Assembly: GCA_012295275.1 (NCBI GenBank) | Contig: CM022676.1 | Coordinates: forward strand, 10,106,001-10,170,000 | Source of the DNA: Chrysomallon squamiferum | Lineage: Eukaryota; Animalia; Mollusca | Direction of reading: 5' to 3' | DNA: 64,000 nucleotides | Shown here: positions 28,920 to 43,022 of the stretch, in pieces | Position numbering within the stretch: the stretch's first letter is position 1 | Layout of the letters: every line of letters starts with the position of its first letter | Notes under the pieces: generated by a model | What the model was told of the DNA's origin: nothing | Seen by the model: only the letters and a program-made list of their open reading frames with translations | Databases searched by the model: none | Translations under genes and position numbers: made by a program

Positions 28920-31900
28920 TTAATATACATATATTTAAAATGGGCTGGAAAAAAGTGCATAGTGTTTTTAAGTGAAATTAAAAGAAAATATTCAGATATT
29001 TTTACACAGACTTATTCATCCACAAATGTTGGATTTTGTTCACCTTTAAGAATACGTATATGCGTCATACATTTCAGTTATGTATGAAATGAAATCATGT
29101 GTTCACTATAAACTTTTATTCCAATCCCATATATAAGAAAATACAAAAAAATAAAAAACACTTGTATTTTTATTCTCAAATTTACTTGTCCATAATGTTA
29201 GTTGTCTGCTTACACAAAATCTAAATCACAAGCTGGAAATGTAATTACTGGACATGAAACATAACATGTATTAAGAGGGATGGTTTTCAAAATAAACATC
29301 TTTACAATGGCTAATACTTATTTTTTTATTTTTTCCAAAATATATACATATAGCACAACTCTCTTAACAAGTATTTATACAACTTAACATATTTTCCAAA
29401 ATGTACAGATAATTTATTTTTAGTTGATATCTTTGCAGTAGAAAAAAAACGAAAATAAATAATCGTAATAATTAATTAATTTTGAACAAATATAACATGC
29501 CATATATCTGAACATTTTTGTAATTAAAAATACATGAAACTAAAATATACTATTTATACTGTTTTTGCTCATTTAAAAAATAAATCGATCGATCAGTTAT
29601 AACATTCAAGCATACTTTCTCTAAGAATGATGAGATTATTTCTGTGTTTTAACTTTTTTTGTGTGTATATAAATATATATCTAAAAAGCCAAAGGGAAGA
29701 AAAACTTAAAAATAAAACATCCTTGTTTCTTTTATAAAACACGATAAGTCAATATTAAATAAAATTGCTATGATACACTATATGCAGCTCAACATTTTAA
29801 TCATTTTTTTCCTGTAAGGATGAGAATTAAAACAAATTGTAATTAACAAACTGTCATTAAAACATTTTGCTACAATACATATAAAAATATATACATGATA
29901 TGGGGTGTATATGTTCACTCGCACACTTATGCAGTATTGTCTTAATTTCTGACTAAGAATGACCACATTTAACTTGATATAAAATTTAAAACAAATGTCT
30001 GTAATACTACATTAAAAGTGAAAAGTCAATAGACTGATTTAAGTGCTGGGATGTAATAAAGATTTTGAGTAACAATTTGTGTAACATCTGAGGTCCCATT
30101 ACACAATGTTTCTCTAGCTAATGTCTAAATACAACTGTGTATATCCAGATAAAATATTTAAATATTTAATGCTAAGAGCAGTAAGTTCAATTACTGAAGA
30201 AAAATTAAAATAAATATATTCCTGTGTTTATAAGCTGCTCAGAAAGATAAAATTTTGAAGTTTATTCATTTTAGCACACCAGGATATTAAAATAAGATTA
30301 TTTCTAAAGAAGATTTATAATTTTTCTTTGGTCCTTTCTTTAAAAAACTATTAATAAATTTAGAATTAAATAATTAAAAATAACAAATTTTACTAGTAAA
30401 AACTATAACACATCAAATAACAAATAAATAACAAAACAAAGCTGTAAATAATTAACAAATATGTTTTGTTTTCCATCCTATAACAAAACAATATGCAAAT
30501 ATTTTTCTCTTGAGATCACTGTTTGGTTTGTAAATATATTTACCAGCATTACTGTGGTAAATGAAATAAAATAAATAAAGTAATAACATAGCAATTACAA
30601 CCATTCAACATATAAAAATATATATATTCTTAGATGTTTTAACATCAAGTAATATTTATTTATTTTATTTTTTTTTCTATTTATCCAATATTTCAATTTT
30701 GCTTTTTGTTCACTGAAAAAAAAATAACCTGTCACCAGCTTATAAGAAAAAAATGTTGATTTTCTATCTTTATTTAAAATGTATTAGAAGCTAGAATTCA
30801 ATGAAGCTGGAATAGATAAACCTTTTAAACTTTAATTTAAATTTGTTTAGTCTTTTTTCACAATCATTTTCAATAATTATAACAGCAATTAAGAATTATG
30901 TTTATTTATTACTAAAAATGATTCGAGATGGTATTCATTATTAAAAACAAACATACTGTATTGGAAAGTTAAAAAGGTTATACTGTAACCCAATTTACAA
31001 TTATCAATCATTTTGTTTACATTCATTGCACAGAGTTTTATTATAAGCGAAGCAACAAATAATAATATATTTTCACAACGCTATAATTTAAACCACTCAG
31101 TTGTATTTAACAGGTCTAGTTTAATTTTATTTTTAAATGAATATATTGTGTGATTGAAATATATTTTCTTTTTTTTCTTAATTTTTTTTTTTTAACTACT
31201 AAACTTATGTTTCATAACAACATTATTTATTTTTGTACCTCACATCACATCATAATTTTAATTTTAGATTGGCAATGAAAACAGTAAATACTATTTAATC
31301 ATAATATGACTGTATAAAACAAAATATTGCTTTATTTTAGAATTTGTTAGGCAGAAAGTTGAAAAAAATCAATCAGTCAAAGTGGATACTTTATAAACTG
31401 TCAGTCTAATATTAAATTATTAAAAAATATTGATTTTTAAATTGTGAATATAACAATTTTATATGATTATATACAGATTTTGTTTTATACTTTTTTTTAA
31501 ATAATATATATTATGATATAATATTATTTATTTTCATATTATTAGTCTAACATAAAATGATTAAATAATATGATCAAGGAAAGAATTTTAATTCAAGGCA
31601 AGGCAAATGTGCCTTGGGTTTAATCAGAAATGTTAAGACACCAAGGCAAACATTTCCTTCAAAGTTGAGGGAGCAAGATAATAAAAATGTTATCAAGTTT
31701 TTCACAGAAGCAATTGATGGTTTTGCTACTGAAGGACTACGACTAACTGTGACATGAATTCATATTCATATTTATAAAAACAAATTACCAGTGTGGAAAT
31801 GGGTCAGTGTCATTTCTTAAAGGTGAAGACTTGCTTTTTGGATTGAAGAACAAAATTAACACTTCAATTAAATTAGGCCCGTTACCTGGATGTTAAGTCA

Positions 31901-33410
31901 ATGGCTGAATTAATATCCATGTAAGTCATCCCAAGACACAAGAGGAAAGGAAAAATTGATGAGACAATGGTGTAAGTGGCTAGCTTTGTGAACATACAAG
32001 TCTTCATTGTCAGTGTACTTGAACATGTTTAAAAAAATAGCAGCTTTCTATTTATTTTTCATAAACATTTTTGGATATAGGTTTTAATTTTTAATGTCTA
32101 GCCTACCTAAAATGTAATGTTACTGCACCACTTGCTAATGGCTTGCTGAATATTAACTCCAGATACTCATAGATACACCATTTCTTCTTCAAAACAATTC
32201 AGAAAACAGACCCATGTGCATGATAATTAATATAAACACAAACTTAACACAGCCTCCGAATAGACCAGTCATATCACACATTATGATAATTATGCCACAA
32301 TGTGAACTGAGTGCCATCTTTTCTCAATTGTGTAATGCAGTAATGATCAAATATCAAACATTTTTATGGAGTGATGGCATGATTACCACATCATGTAAAT
32401 AGGAGTTATCATTAGCCTATTAGTATTAACATGATTTGGAGTTAATATTCTGCAGGGGTCAGCCTTGGGAAGTGCATTAATCAAGTGATTTTGATTAACA
32501 GCTGTATTATGGCCAATAAGTAATCAAAACTATGTTTATCTGACTCACTCGTACATGAAAAATCTCAATAGCTTTGCGGCTACCAAGCTTAGTGTGCTAT
32601 TTGTGGGTTTTTTAAAATTTTCTCTTACTGAAGCATTTCTAGTTTAAGCAAATAGATTAAAATAATTCATATAATGCAGACTTAATTTTTATCTTACATG
32701 GTCAATGAATCAATGATATTTACTGGAAGGGCATGGAGACAAATCAGAAAGGGCAGCCAGAGTGTTTTACTGATGTGAAGATTATCCAAATTTTAAGGCA
32801 TGAAGGCAAGTATGGAGGACACTTGCCATCGGTGCCATGGTAAAATTTGAACCATTTATGATATATATATATATATATTTACACTGGCAACCTAAAACAT
32901 CAAAGGATGTATTTAGTTTAATACTACATCCTAACATTATTTACTTTTATCTATCAATGCAAGATATAATAACAGTAATGAGTTTCATACTGTCAATTTA
33001 ACAAATATTAAAAAGTAATTAATTTTGTACTGTTAATACAACAGTATTAAGTTTTATACTGCAAAACAAAAATATTATTAAGCAGTATTTATCTTTATAT
33101 TCCTCCTCTGACACTCTGAATGATCAGAGTTGTCAAATCATTTTACAATCATTTTGAATAAATGAATATTCATTCAAGAACACCAACACCTTTTCCTGTT
33201 AACAGTCATTTGGTGCGAAGCACAAGGTAAGTGTAAAGTTGTGATTATTTATAATTCTGTCATCATCACTGAGTCTTACATATAATAATTTTTCAATCTT
33301 CATATCAAATCCAGGATGATCTAGAACCTACAGTGTCACATTTTAAAACAGCAATTTTATCATACTTCATCACCATTCGGTACAAATCCAGCATTCTGAT
33401 ACTAATTTGT

Positions 33411-34544
33411 TTAATCGTCATCGTCATCCCAGTCAGGAGTTTCAGGTTTAGGTTTAGTTTCAAAATATTGTCTACCTGAAACAGCAGAAAAATAAGACAT
33501 ACCATTTCATTTTGTATGTCAGAAATCTACAATTTCATTGTGTGTGTAAGTTTTAAAAGCAGTCCCAGGTTTATAACAACATCAACATATAAAATAACTT
33601 TAATAAGAGATTATGAACTGTACTTACTTTAATAATTTCCCCCCTCCAGTTCACAACTATCAAATCCTGGACCAACATAATTTTTCACATAGGTCACTGA
33701 AGAAAAAATATTAATGATGAACTTTAGTTCGTTATTAGACATTTAAAATTTTGAATTTAATATGTGGCTATTCTTTTTTAAATATATACGTTCTCATGTT
33801 AATCAAATACATTAATTTCTGATACACCAGTTAGGGAGCACTGATATAAATGTGAAACAATGTAATTGATGTTTCAAGAGGTTTTAATACATTTAATATG
33901 TGGATACTGTTTTCAAAAATATACCTTTCCATGTTAACTTTACATTGATTGGTTAGGGAGCAGTGGCTTTAATGGGAAACAGTCTAAAGGATGGTCCAAG
34001 AGATTTAATAGCCTTAATATATGGCTACTCTTTATATATTTATATATATACATTATATATACTGTTTCTCAAATTAACCTGGAATGCAAATAAATTGATG
34101 TCTTATATACAGGGTTCGTACACTTTGGGCTGTTGAAATTTCCATAACTTTTCCAAAACCATTTCCAAGCCAAGTCGATCACAACAAGGTGGGGCTGGGT
34201 TTTTTTGAAGTTTTTAGACATGTTTGTTACAGTTAAAAGTTCTGTCTAAGCTGTGTGGTACTCATGTAGGATTACCAGTAATAAAACAATGTAATTTATT
34301 TTGTAGTTTTAAAATGCAGTTTTATTCTTGTAGTGGACATGACTGTGATGATACATAAAGCAGCTTGCCAGAATGAATACATAGGTACTGCTTCACAAAA
34401 CATTAATGTGTTCCTTTCTTCTGATTCAATTAATAACCCACACCTTTAAAATGCCCCAAATCCTATTCCTTATGGATTTATGTCTGAATTATCAGTTGGG
34501 TTTTCTCTCTCAGTTTTATTATTTTACCATTTACATCCTCAATT

Positions 34545-34586
<42 letters not shown>

Positions 34587-36888
34587 CACTCTTCCTGAAA
34601 TTATTAGATTTAGTCAAATCAATGAGATTTCCTTTTTTCTAAGCAGATTCTGCCAGTTCATCAGCAGATGATTCAATATCTTTTTCTAACCATGCTTGCT
34701 TTGTCTCTAATTCAATACACTGAGTGCACTGAGATGTTTCCCCCTCTATTAGTCACTCTATACCCTAACCCTAAAACGTAAAATAAAACTAACACTAAGG
34801 TCCCCCTCCAGTACACAGACAAAACAGTGAACAATGTTTATTTATATATGTGTACTACAATGAGGTCATTGCACCTTTTTAACTGATCACCATATAAATA
34901 CAATGCTAAAAATTAAAATGTCTGCTGTAATTAAAGCTTTTTAAGCTGAATTTATAACTGTATTGGGATTAAATCTACCATCATTACCTACAGTTTATAG
35001 AATGGTGTGCTTTATATATGAATTTTATTTTCAATTTCAAATAATGTATAAGCTGCTTCTATAAGTATGATGTATTAATTATGTGGCATGTCATATAACA
35101 AAAGTACAACAACACAATGATAAACACTTATCAGTGTTGTCATCATTTACACTGACCACTGAGTGCTATCACAACAAATCTACTCTGCCAGTCTGACAGA
35201 AGTTTGCAACAAGTATCATCTATTGTTGATAAGTAAAACAGATTTTAAAAAAAACTGGAATACAGGAAACGAAATACAGTAGTTTTTAGCAATACATGCC
35301 TCCCGCTAAAACGGAACCATTTTCTTTGGCTTGGCTATAATGGCACCTGATTATATTGGTTAAAGTGTGTGTTGTGTCAGGGCTAAATATCGGTGGAAGA
35401 AACCAGTTTCTCATACATTTTATTTATGGCTAAGGACATAGTTTTCCATAATTTTTCCATAGCCAAGGTAATAAAACTTGATTTTCCCAAACTTTTAAGG
35501 TCTTGGAAAAAAACTCATCAAATTTTTCAAAAACTTTCAAAGACTTTCCAAAATGTGTACGAACCCTGTATATACCAGTCATGGAGCAAAGGCATGAATG
35601 AGAAACTCTCCATATGGAAGGATATGGAAAGGAATTTTGGTCTGGGTTAGAACTGATTTATAATTGGGGCAGCCTGGTATTGCAATGGGACAAATAATTT
35701 ACTTATTAAGGTGAAGAAACAGTAATTTTTAAAAACAAAACGAGAAAAATAAATCAAATATATTGATCAGAGATTTGATGAAATTCCATTGAGAATCAGT
35801 GATTTGCTTATAAATTTGAAGAAAGAAACAGTAGTTTTTAAAAACAAAAAGAAAAGATGTTCAAAATATATTGATCAGTCATTTGATGAAATTCGTTTGA
35901 GAACCACTGATTTGCTTATTAATTTGAAGAAACAGTAGATTTAAAAAAAAAAAAATAATAAAAAAAAAATTAAAAAATATATTGATCAGACATTTGATGA
36001 AATTCCTTTAAAAATCACTGATTTACTTATAAATTTGAAGAAAGAAACAATAATTTTTAAAAACAAAAAGAGAGAAAAAAATATCAAACTATATTGATCA
36101 GACATTTGATGAAATTCCATTGAGAACTATGGATTTACTTGTTAATTTGATGAACCAGTAATTTTAATGTTTCAAATTTAAACAAAAAGTGAAAAGAATC
36201 AATACGACTGATCAAATAATTATTTGATGAAATTACGTGTATTCAGTATTGAATATAGATCCTTAAAGTAATGTTGTACTTACAGCGTTTATAGACAACT
36301 GTGCAAAGCACTGCCAAACAAAGGATTGTGGCTATTATCATGAGAAGCACCAGAGATTCCACTGTTGGTGGCTGAATCAGTGCTGAAAACCAAGAAAGTT
36401 AAAGTAATTTAACAATGTGAAAAACTAAAATAAATAACATACATTATATCTATGTATATATATATATGTGTGTGTTAGGGACTGAACTAAAAGCACCAAG
36501 CATGATCTAAAGCTACATAAACACCATTAACATGTTTTAGGTTTATTTCTCCTTGTTTAGATGTAAAGTATTTGGGAAATTCCTGGGATATTAATATATT
36601 CCTTAAGGAACCCTGGACAGTAATGGTCTGCCAGTATTGGTCAGTGGTGTGAGGTGTTATCTGTGTGACTGCAGTGAAAGAGAGATCAAGAGAGAAGAGA
36701 AAATATATGGCATGGGAGAGAGATATTTGGGTCATTTCTCTGTATTATAATTACAATATTTTTTAAGGTTATACTGTTGCTGTTCATCATGTTGTACAAG
36801 CAGGCAGAGAAAGTACAGATATAATCAAGATTGAACTTGTGTAGTTTTGGTGTGAGGGTGCTTTATGCACCTGGCCACACACACATAC

Positions 36889-36927
<39 letters not shown>

Positions 36928-37038
36928 CACACACACACACACACACACAAACATACACACTTATTTTTATTACTGCAAGCTAGGAAAAGCATTAAAATAA
37001 CTGAAATACACTTAATGTCCAAAATTATCTATTACAGT

Positions 37039-37073
<35 letters not shown>

Positions 37074-38571
37074 ATAATAATAATTACTAAAATATTTAAA
37101 TAAATAAATAATTAAAAAAAAAAAAAAAAAAAGAAAGAAAGAAAGAAAAAAGAACAACATCAAATATAGCATGATCCCTCAATTTGTTTTATCACCAATA
37201 TATCTTAACTCTAACCTGCTTTAATTAATTTCCTTGCAAACACAACTCTGTATATGATTTGGTCTTCTTTATTCCCAGTTTTATTTTTCAGTTGGCAGCT
37301 GTAATTTCCATAATCATCGTCACTGTTAATCCTTACAGACAGTTTGATTCCTGTCTCTTTCAGCGGTTGGTCATCAAATTTCCACACAACCTTTGGTTCT
37401 GTTTCTTCTGTTTTTATGTCACAGACCATAGAAGCAGAATAGCCATAGGGTATTTCCATAATCTTCACCCTGGTGTACTTAGCTAAAACACAATGTCAAA
37501 CAAATCATAAGGAAATTGAATATATTTACTTGGCTGTAAATACTGAAAATAAATACATATGTATTATTGGTTAGGCTTGTTATTAAAGTATACCTGCAAA
37601 TTTTCATGTTATTTTTTATTTGGGTTTTTTGCTGTCCAGTTTTAATTGAAAATATGGTGTAATAGCAAAGAAGTTAAAACAAATTATTTTTCAGGAATCA
37701 TATTTTTTTGTTAATACTGGTGGAAAAGTGCAACTACTAGTCTACCTATAGAGGATGATTTAACAAGTAAAAATGGTAAGAGGGTAAAATGATGGTGTTC
37801 CAGTAATAATAAATTTTATATATTTTATATTTATATATATATCTTGAGAACATAAAATATATTACATGATACAGATAGACAGATAAATAAATAGATTAAA
37901 TTTAGCATTAAAATTATTTATATTGATATAATTTGTTAATATGTTACAAAAAAAAGGCTGAATACATTCTTACTGAAGCTATTACTTACCTTCGACATCT
38001 ATTGTAACATTTGTACTTCTTCCCCAAGTGTCAGCAGTCTGAGCAACACAGGAATAAATTCCTTTCTCTTGCACTTTTACTCTTTTTATTACCAGTGTAG
38101 CGTTTTCATTATTAAATCTTATTTTGACTCGTATGCGTGTTGGTTTTACGAGAACTCCATCTCGAAAACAGACTACCTTGATTATTTCATCTATTGTTTC
38201 TATATTAAACTTTAACTCCACTCTTTGTCCTTTATAGGTAACTATATTGTTAGTCTGTGGTTTTATCAATGGACGTTCTAGTGTACAAATATAGGAATAC
38301 CTTTTATTAGAATAATTATATACTTACATGCATATATATATGTGTATGTGTGTGTGTGTGTGTGTGTGTGTTTATAATTATACAAAAATAAAGAGAAAGT
38401 GAGAGATTAAAACTGACTCAGAATAAAAGTGAATGAAAATACACATTTGTAACTTGCAAACAAATACCTAAATAAATGTCCAACCAAAATAATGCTATTT
38501 TCTACATGGAAATTATCTCAATATTTTTAATAAATATTACTGTATATATAATGTGTTTAAAGTACTTTTTA

Positions 38572-38614
<43 letters not shown>

Positions 38615-40324
38615 TTTTTCTAAATTTCATTGTTTTTTGTAATTTTTAACTAGTTTTTGTTTTCAATTTCATTCCTTCCCATGCAAAAAATTCTCAAGAA
38701 AATGATGCAGTTTGATTTTAAAAATAAAGTAATGATAAGCATTAGAGCTAATGTTTTCTCAGTCTTCTGATTAATAATAATAATAATAATAATAATAATG
38801 TTAGATTACAGAGAACACAGAAACTTGTCCTCTCTTTTAAGCTATCATCTAAACTATGTCACACATTTGTGAATGGAGAGTATTCTTAAACATATCAAAA
38901 CATTTCCACCAAGGCAAATATTATGATTTTATAAATTTTATTTACCATAACACACACACACACGACACATCCAGAACCACACACATATTCACACATTATA
39001 CATATACAATGCACGTGCATAAAAGAAAAGGAACCAGGCAGATGAGAATGGTATAAAGATATTGAACTATCAAAAGTATCCATCACCATTATTTTTTTTC
39101 AGAATATAATATCAGTCACATACTGAAGGCCAAAAAAGTTTACATAATGCCCCTTGACCGTAACAGTTATTTCACTGAATCAAAAAATTCAGATGAAGTA
39201 AAAATAAATGTCAAAAAGTTCATTTTTGGACTATCTTTAATGACTCTACTTTACTATAAACCTACAGAATCACCAGTGTATGAATACATCATATCCATTT
39301 TCAGTGATCAAGTACAATGCCTGGGTATATCTACATCTACAACTGTTTTGTTAACTGATGGTAATAGCCAACTTCAAAGCTAGGACATTAATATTAAGAG
39401 TAATCTACTGTCAGATATTCAGTTTTCATACAGTAATAGGACATAGTGAAGTAAGCTGCCATTGTTATAATGGATTAACACACACACACACACACATGAA
39501 CATATATTTTTCAAAAACCAGATGTGAAATTCCATATATTAAATGTTGTATAAGTCCCACATTAAACATATTTGAAGTGAATGAAATCACATTAATATAA
39601 ATATTTAATACCTAAAGATAGATATTATCATGACAACCAGGTTTGGGTTATCAAATATCACAGCAAAATGTATAAATATTTAGTTTGTTTGTTTGTCTGT
39701 TTTGTTTTTAATTTATTAAATACTGCTTGTTTATTTGTTTGGATTTTTATTTTATTTTATTTTTTTTTTTTTTCATTAAAGAACAGAAATAAAAAATAAT
39801 TACCTATCATTCTTATTATCTTTTTATCTGCAATCCAGTGGTTATCCCTTGTTGGATGTGACATGTAACAATAAAGATCAGAACCTACATCCATGTGGGT
39901 GAACTCCTTTTCATAATAAATGGTCACATTATAGGTTTTGTTATCATAACGAACATCCTTATAGGTTTCAGGAATGCTTTGAGTACCAAACATCCAAAAC
40001 AGCAAAGGGATAGGATTTGCATCTACCACTGCACAAGCCAGAGTGGTGTTCTCTTTAAGTAAGACAGCTGTAGTTACTATGTCAGGCTTTTGTGGTCTTA
40101 CTATTGGGAAAAAGACACAAAAACAACATTTAGATGTGAGTAATAAAACTAATATTTTATCTATTATTATTATTAATAATAATGATGATGATGATGATGA
40201 TGATGATGATATGATGATGATGATGATCTAATACTGAATATAATAATAAATATAATAATGATAATTTATTTTCTTATGTTAAATATTAAATAAAATGAAA
40301 ATATTACTAAAAATAATACTCATC

Positions 40325-40366
<42 letters not shown>

Positions 40367-41449
40367 TCAATAATAATAATATTTATATTGTTATAATCAA
40401 TATTTAAAAAAAAAAAAAAAATTAATAATAATAAAATGCCAGATCAATTAAGATAATAAAAAACATTAGATTAAATCAGTTGAGCACGCACTGGAACAAC
40501 TGTTTCAGAAATTACAATTTAATTCACTCCTGTTTTTATAACACACAAAAGTAAAGAAATATCTGAAGGTGTGAAAAAATGGATTTTTGCATTTCAGATA
40601 ATTGTACGTACAATGTTTCTTTTCAAACTACTCACCAAAAGTAAAAGGAAGCCACTTGCTTTCGTTAATCTTTCCTTTGTGTTTTGCGATACATTTGTAA
40701 GGAGTGTATTTGTGCATTTCACGTGTTCCCATGAACTCTAACCTTGCCGATGAAACAAACATATTGTTCGTTGTGTTAACTGAAGCATATTGAACCTTCA
40801 GTGCAGCGTTAGGATTTTTAATATCAATCCATTTCAGAGTAGCTGCTGATCCCCATACTGATACAGAACAAACAGCATAGCCAGGTTCCCCTTCAACAAG
40901 CCTGGGGACTGATATCGTGGGTTTGTACACTGAAAAGTTAATACTTGATTATTGTGACAGAATTAAAAAAAAAAAAGGAAAAAAAAAGGCATAAAAATAA
41001 TGTTTTTAAAATATAAATATTGATACCTATTATGGTTCTGGGTAGAATATATGAAATAAGTTAGTGAAAGAAAAAAGAAGAAATAGGGAATATGAACATA
41101 GTTTGTGTAAGAAAATAATTATTGACAAGTAATAAATAAATAAATATCTTTTTGTCTTAGATTATTTATAATTTAGATAATACATCACTAATGTGTATAA
41201 TTTGTTGAGATTTAAGAAAACAACATTTAAAATAATATACATTTTATATAGCAAAAACCAAAATGTCATCTAAATAATATCAGCAAGTAAAAATTACTTT
41301 TATTTTGTTTTACAAAGATATAAAATTAAATGAAATCATATACAAGAAACATACTCACATATTTTGGGGTCATGTAGAGCTTGCACTTGCGTACAAAAAA
41401 GAAAAATAGTTGCACAGAGAATATTAGTGGTAATACAGGAAACCATCAT
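33411..41449 (-). CDS. IgSF gene C: SP + 4 Ig + TM + short acidic tail, about 466 aa
   Basis: Minus-strand exons 41449-41359 (MMVSCITTNILCATIFLFCTQVQALHDPKI), 40929-40636, 40100-39804, 38277-37990, 37482-37216, 36382-36284 (TM SLVLLMIIATILCLAVLCTVVY-KR), 33475-33411 (CRQYFETKPKPETPDWDDDDD*). All junctions are GT-AG, phase 1 and frame-consistent. A probable non-coding first exon ends at the donor near 42209. Confidence 0.85.
34110..35568. mobile_element. Non-autonomous DNA transposon (~1.46 kb) in the last intron of gene C
   Basis: Perfect terminal inverted repeats CAGGGTTCGTACAC (34110) and GTGTACGAACCCTG (ends 35568), flanked by TATA on both sides. Subterminal TTTCCA/TTTTCCA repeats are present, plus a decayed coding-like remnant at about 34590-34720 on the minus strand. 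Confidence 0.8.
35695..36235. repeat. ~115-120-bp tandem repeat, about 4-5 copies, in a gene C intron
   Basis: Recurrent GAAGAAACAGTA...ATATTGATCAGACATTTGATGAAATTCC...GATTTGCTTAT. Confidence 0.8.
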
Positions 41450-41553
41450 TTCTTACTAGATAATCATAATTTTCACAGTGTATTTAATTAAAAATCATGA
41501 TTAACCGACTTTTTCATGAAGTTATTCAACATCCCATTTTTGTCCTGAAACAT

Positions 41554-41586
<33 letters not shown>

Positions 41587-43022
41587 TTGATGTTTATTTA
41601 TACAAAAAACAAAACCATCATTTATTCAATACAATTTTCAGTTTTAAGAATCAAAAAGACATTTTAAGTTTAAATCGGATAATAAAAATAAACTAGTTGT
41701 TTTAAAATAAACCTATTAAAAGAAATAATAAAAACAATAAAATAATCTTCACAGCAGTGCAATAATTGATTTCAATAGGTCTACCAACTTTGTAAAAATG
41801 CAAATAGTATTTAAAAATTTAATATTCTAAAATATATAAAAATATAAACACACACACACATAATATTTTATTATTTGCTTTCAATTATTCGATTTTTCAA
41901 TGCCATTTTATAATCTTACCAATCATTAAAACATTAACAATCACCTGCTAATGAATGATCATCACATTTATCTTTTTCATCTAGGTCACTAAAGAATTTA
42001 ATTTCCACGAAAATGTATCCAGAAATCACACAGAGGTCGTAATAAATTCACTTAAAGAATACTGAATGATAAATACAAACGTTATCAATTTTTCATTCTA
42101 AATATTTCGATGGTTTGAGCATTTATATATATATATAACTAAGCAAGTGTCTGCTTACTTCCATGGATGACGTCATCATTACCTCCAATATTTCAGCAGA
42201 CTACTTACCAAGCTCTCGCGCCAAACGAGAATACTCGATATCATATATGTGCTGATGAGAACCAGTCCATACATCTTTGTCTTTTCCAGCAGACCAAACA
42301 TCACCGAAAAACATAGTTATAGTAAACAAAGAGATTTTCAGAAATTTAACTATGATTTAGAAAAAGATAAATTTTCACTAAATTTAGTTTTTTAATTTAG
42401 TTCGTCAAAAAAAAAAAAAAAAAAAAAAAATATTATACTGCAATTATCCTTATATATATTTTTTTTCCAGATTGTTCCAAATAAGTTTGTGTGGCGGCAT
42501 AGTTATTTTTAGAATATTAATCATGTGATTACCATAATAATTACTAAGCTTCATGGTACTTGTTGATTCCTCAAAGCTTCTCGAACAGTTTAAAATAACA
42601 TTAATGATTACTGATATTATTTTTTGTAGTAGTAGTATTAGTAGTAATAGAAGTAGTAATTGTAGTAGTAGTTGTAGTAGTAGGAGAGTAGCAGTAGCTG
42701 CAGCAATGGTGATATCCAGGTCGAGGATTTTATTGGACAACCATTTTTTTTTTTTTTTTTTTTTGCCCAATACTATTTAATATTTATTTGTAGACTATTT
42801 GTATAAGCTGTATATCAACTACAAATAGAATTCGTTTTTATATTTAAATCTTGTTCTAAGGAATCAGAAAATTTCGAACTACTTCCGATCTCAAGTATAT
42901 CGGATGAATGACTTTAACCTGTGCTAGTATTTATGGGTGAGCTCGCGCGCGTGCGCACTTGTAAGTATGTTAGTAGGTTAAGGGACGACAATTCTATTCG
43001 TATTTTGTCAGAAATAGTCATA

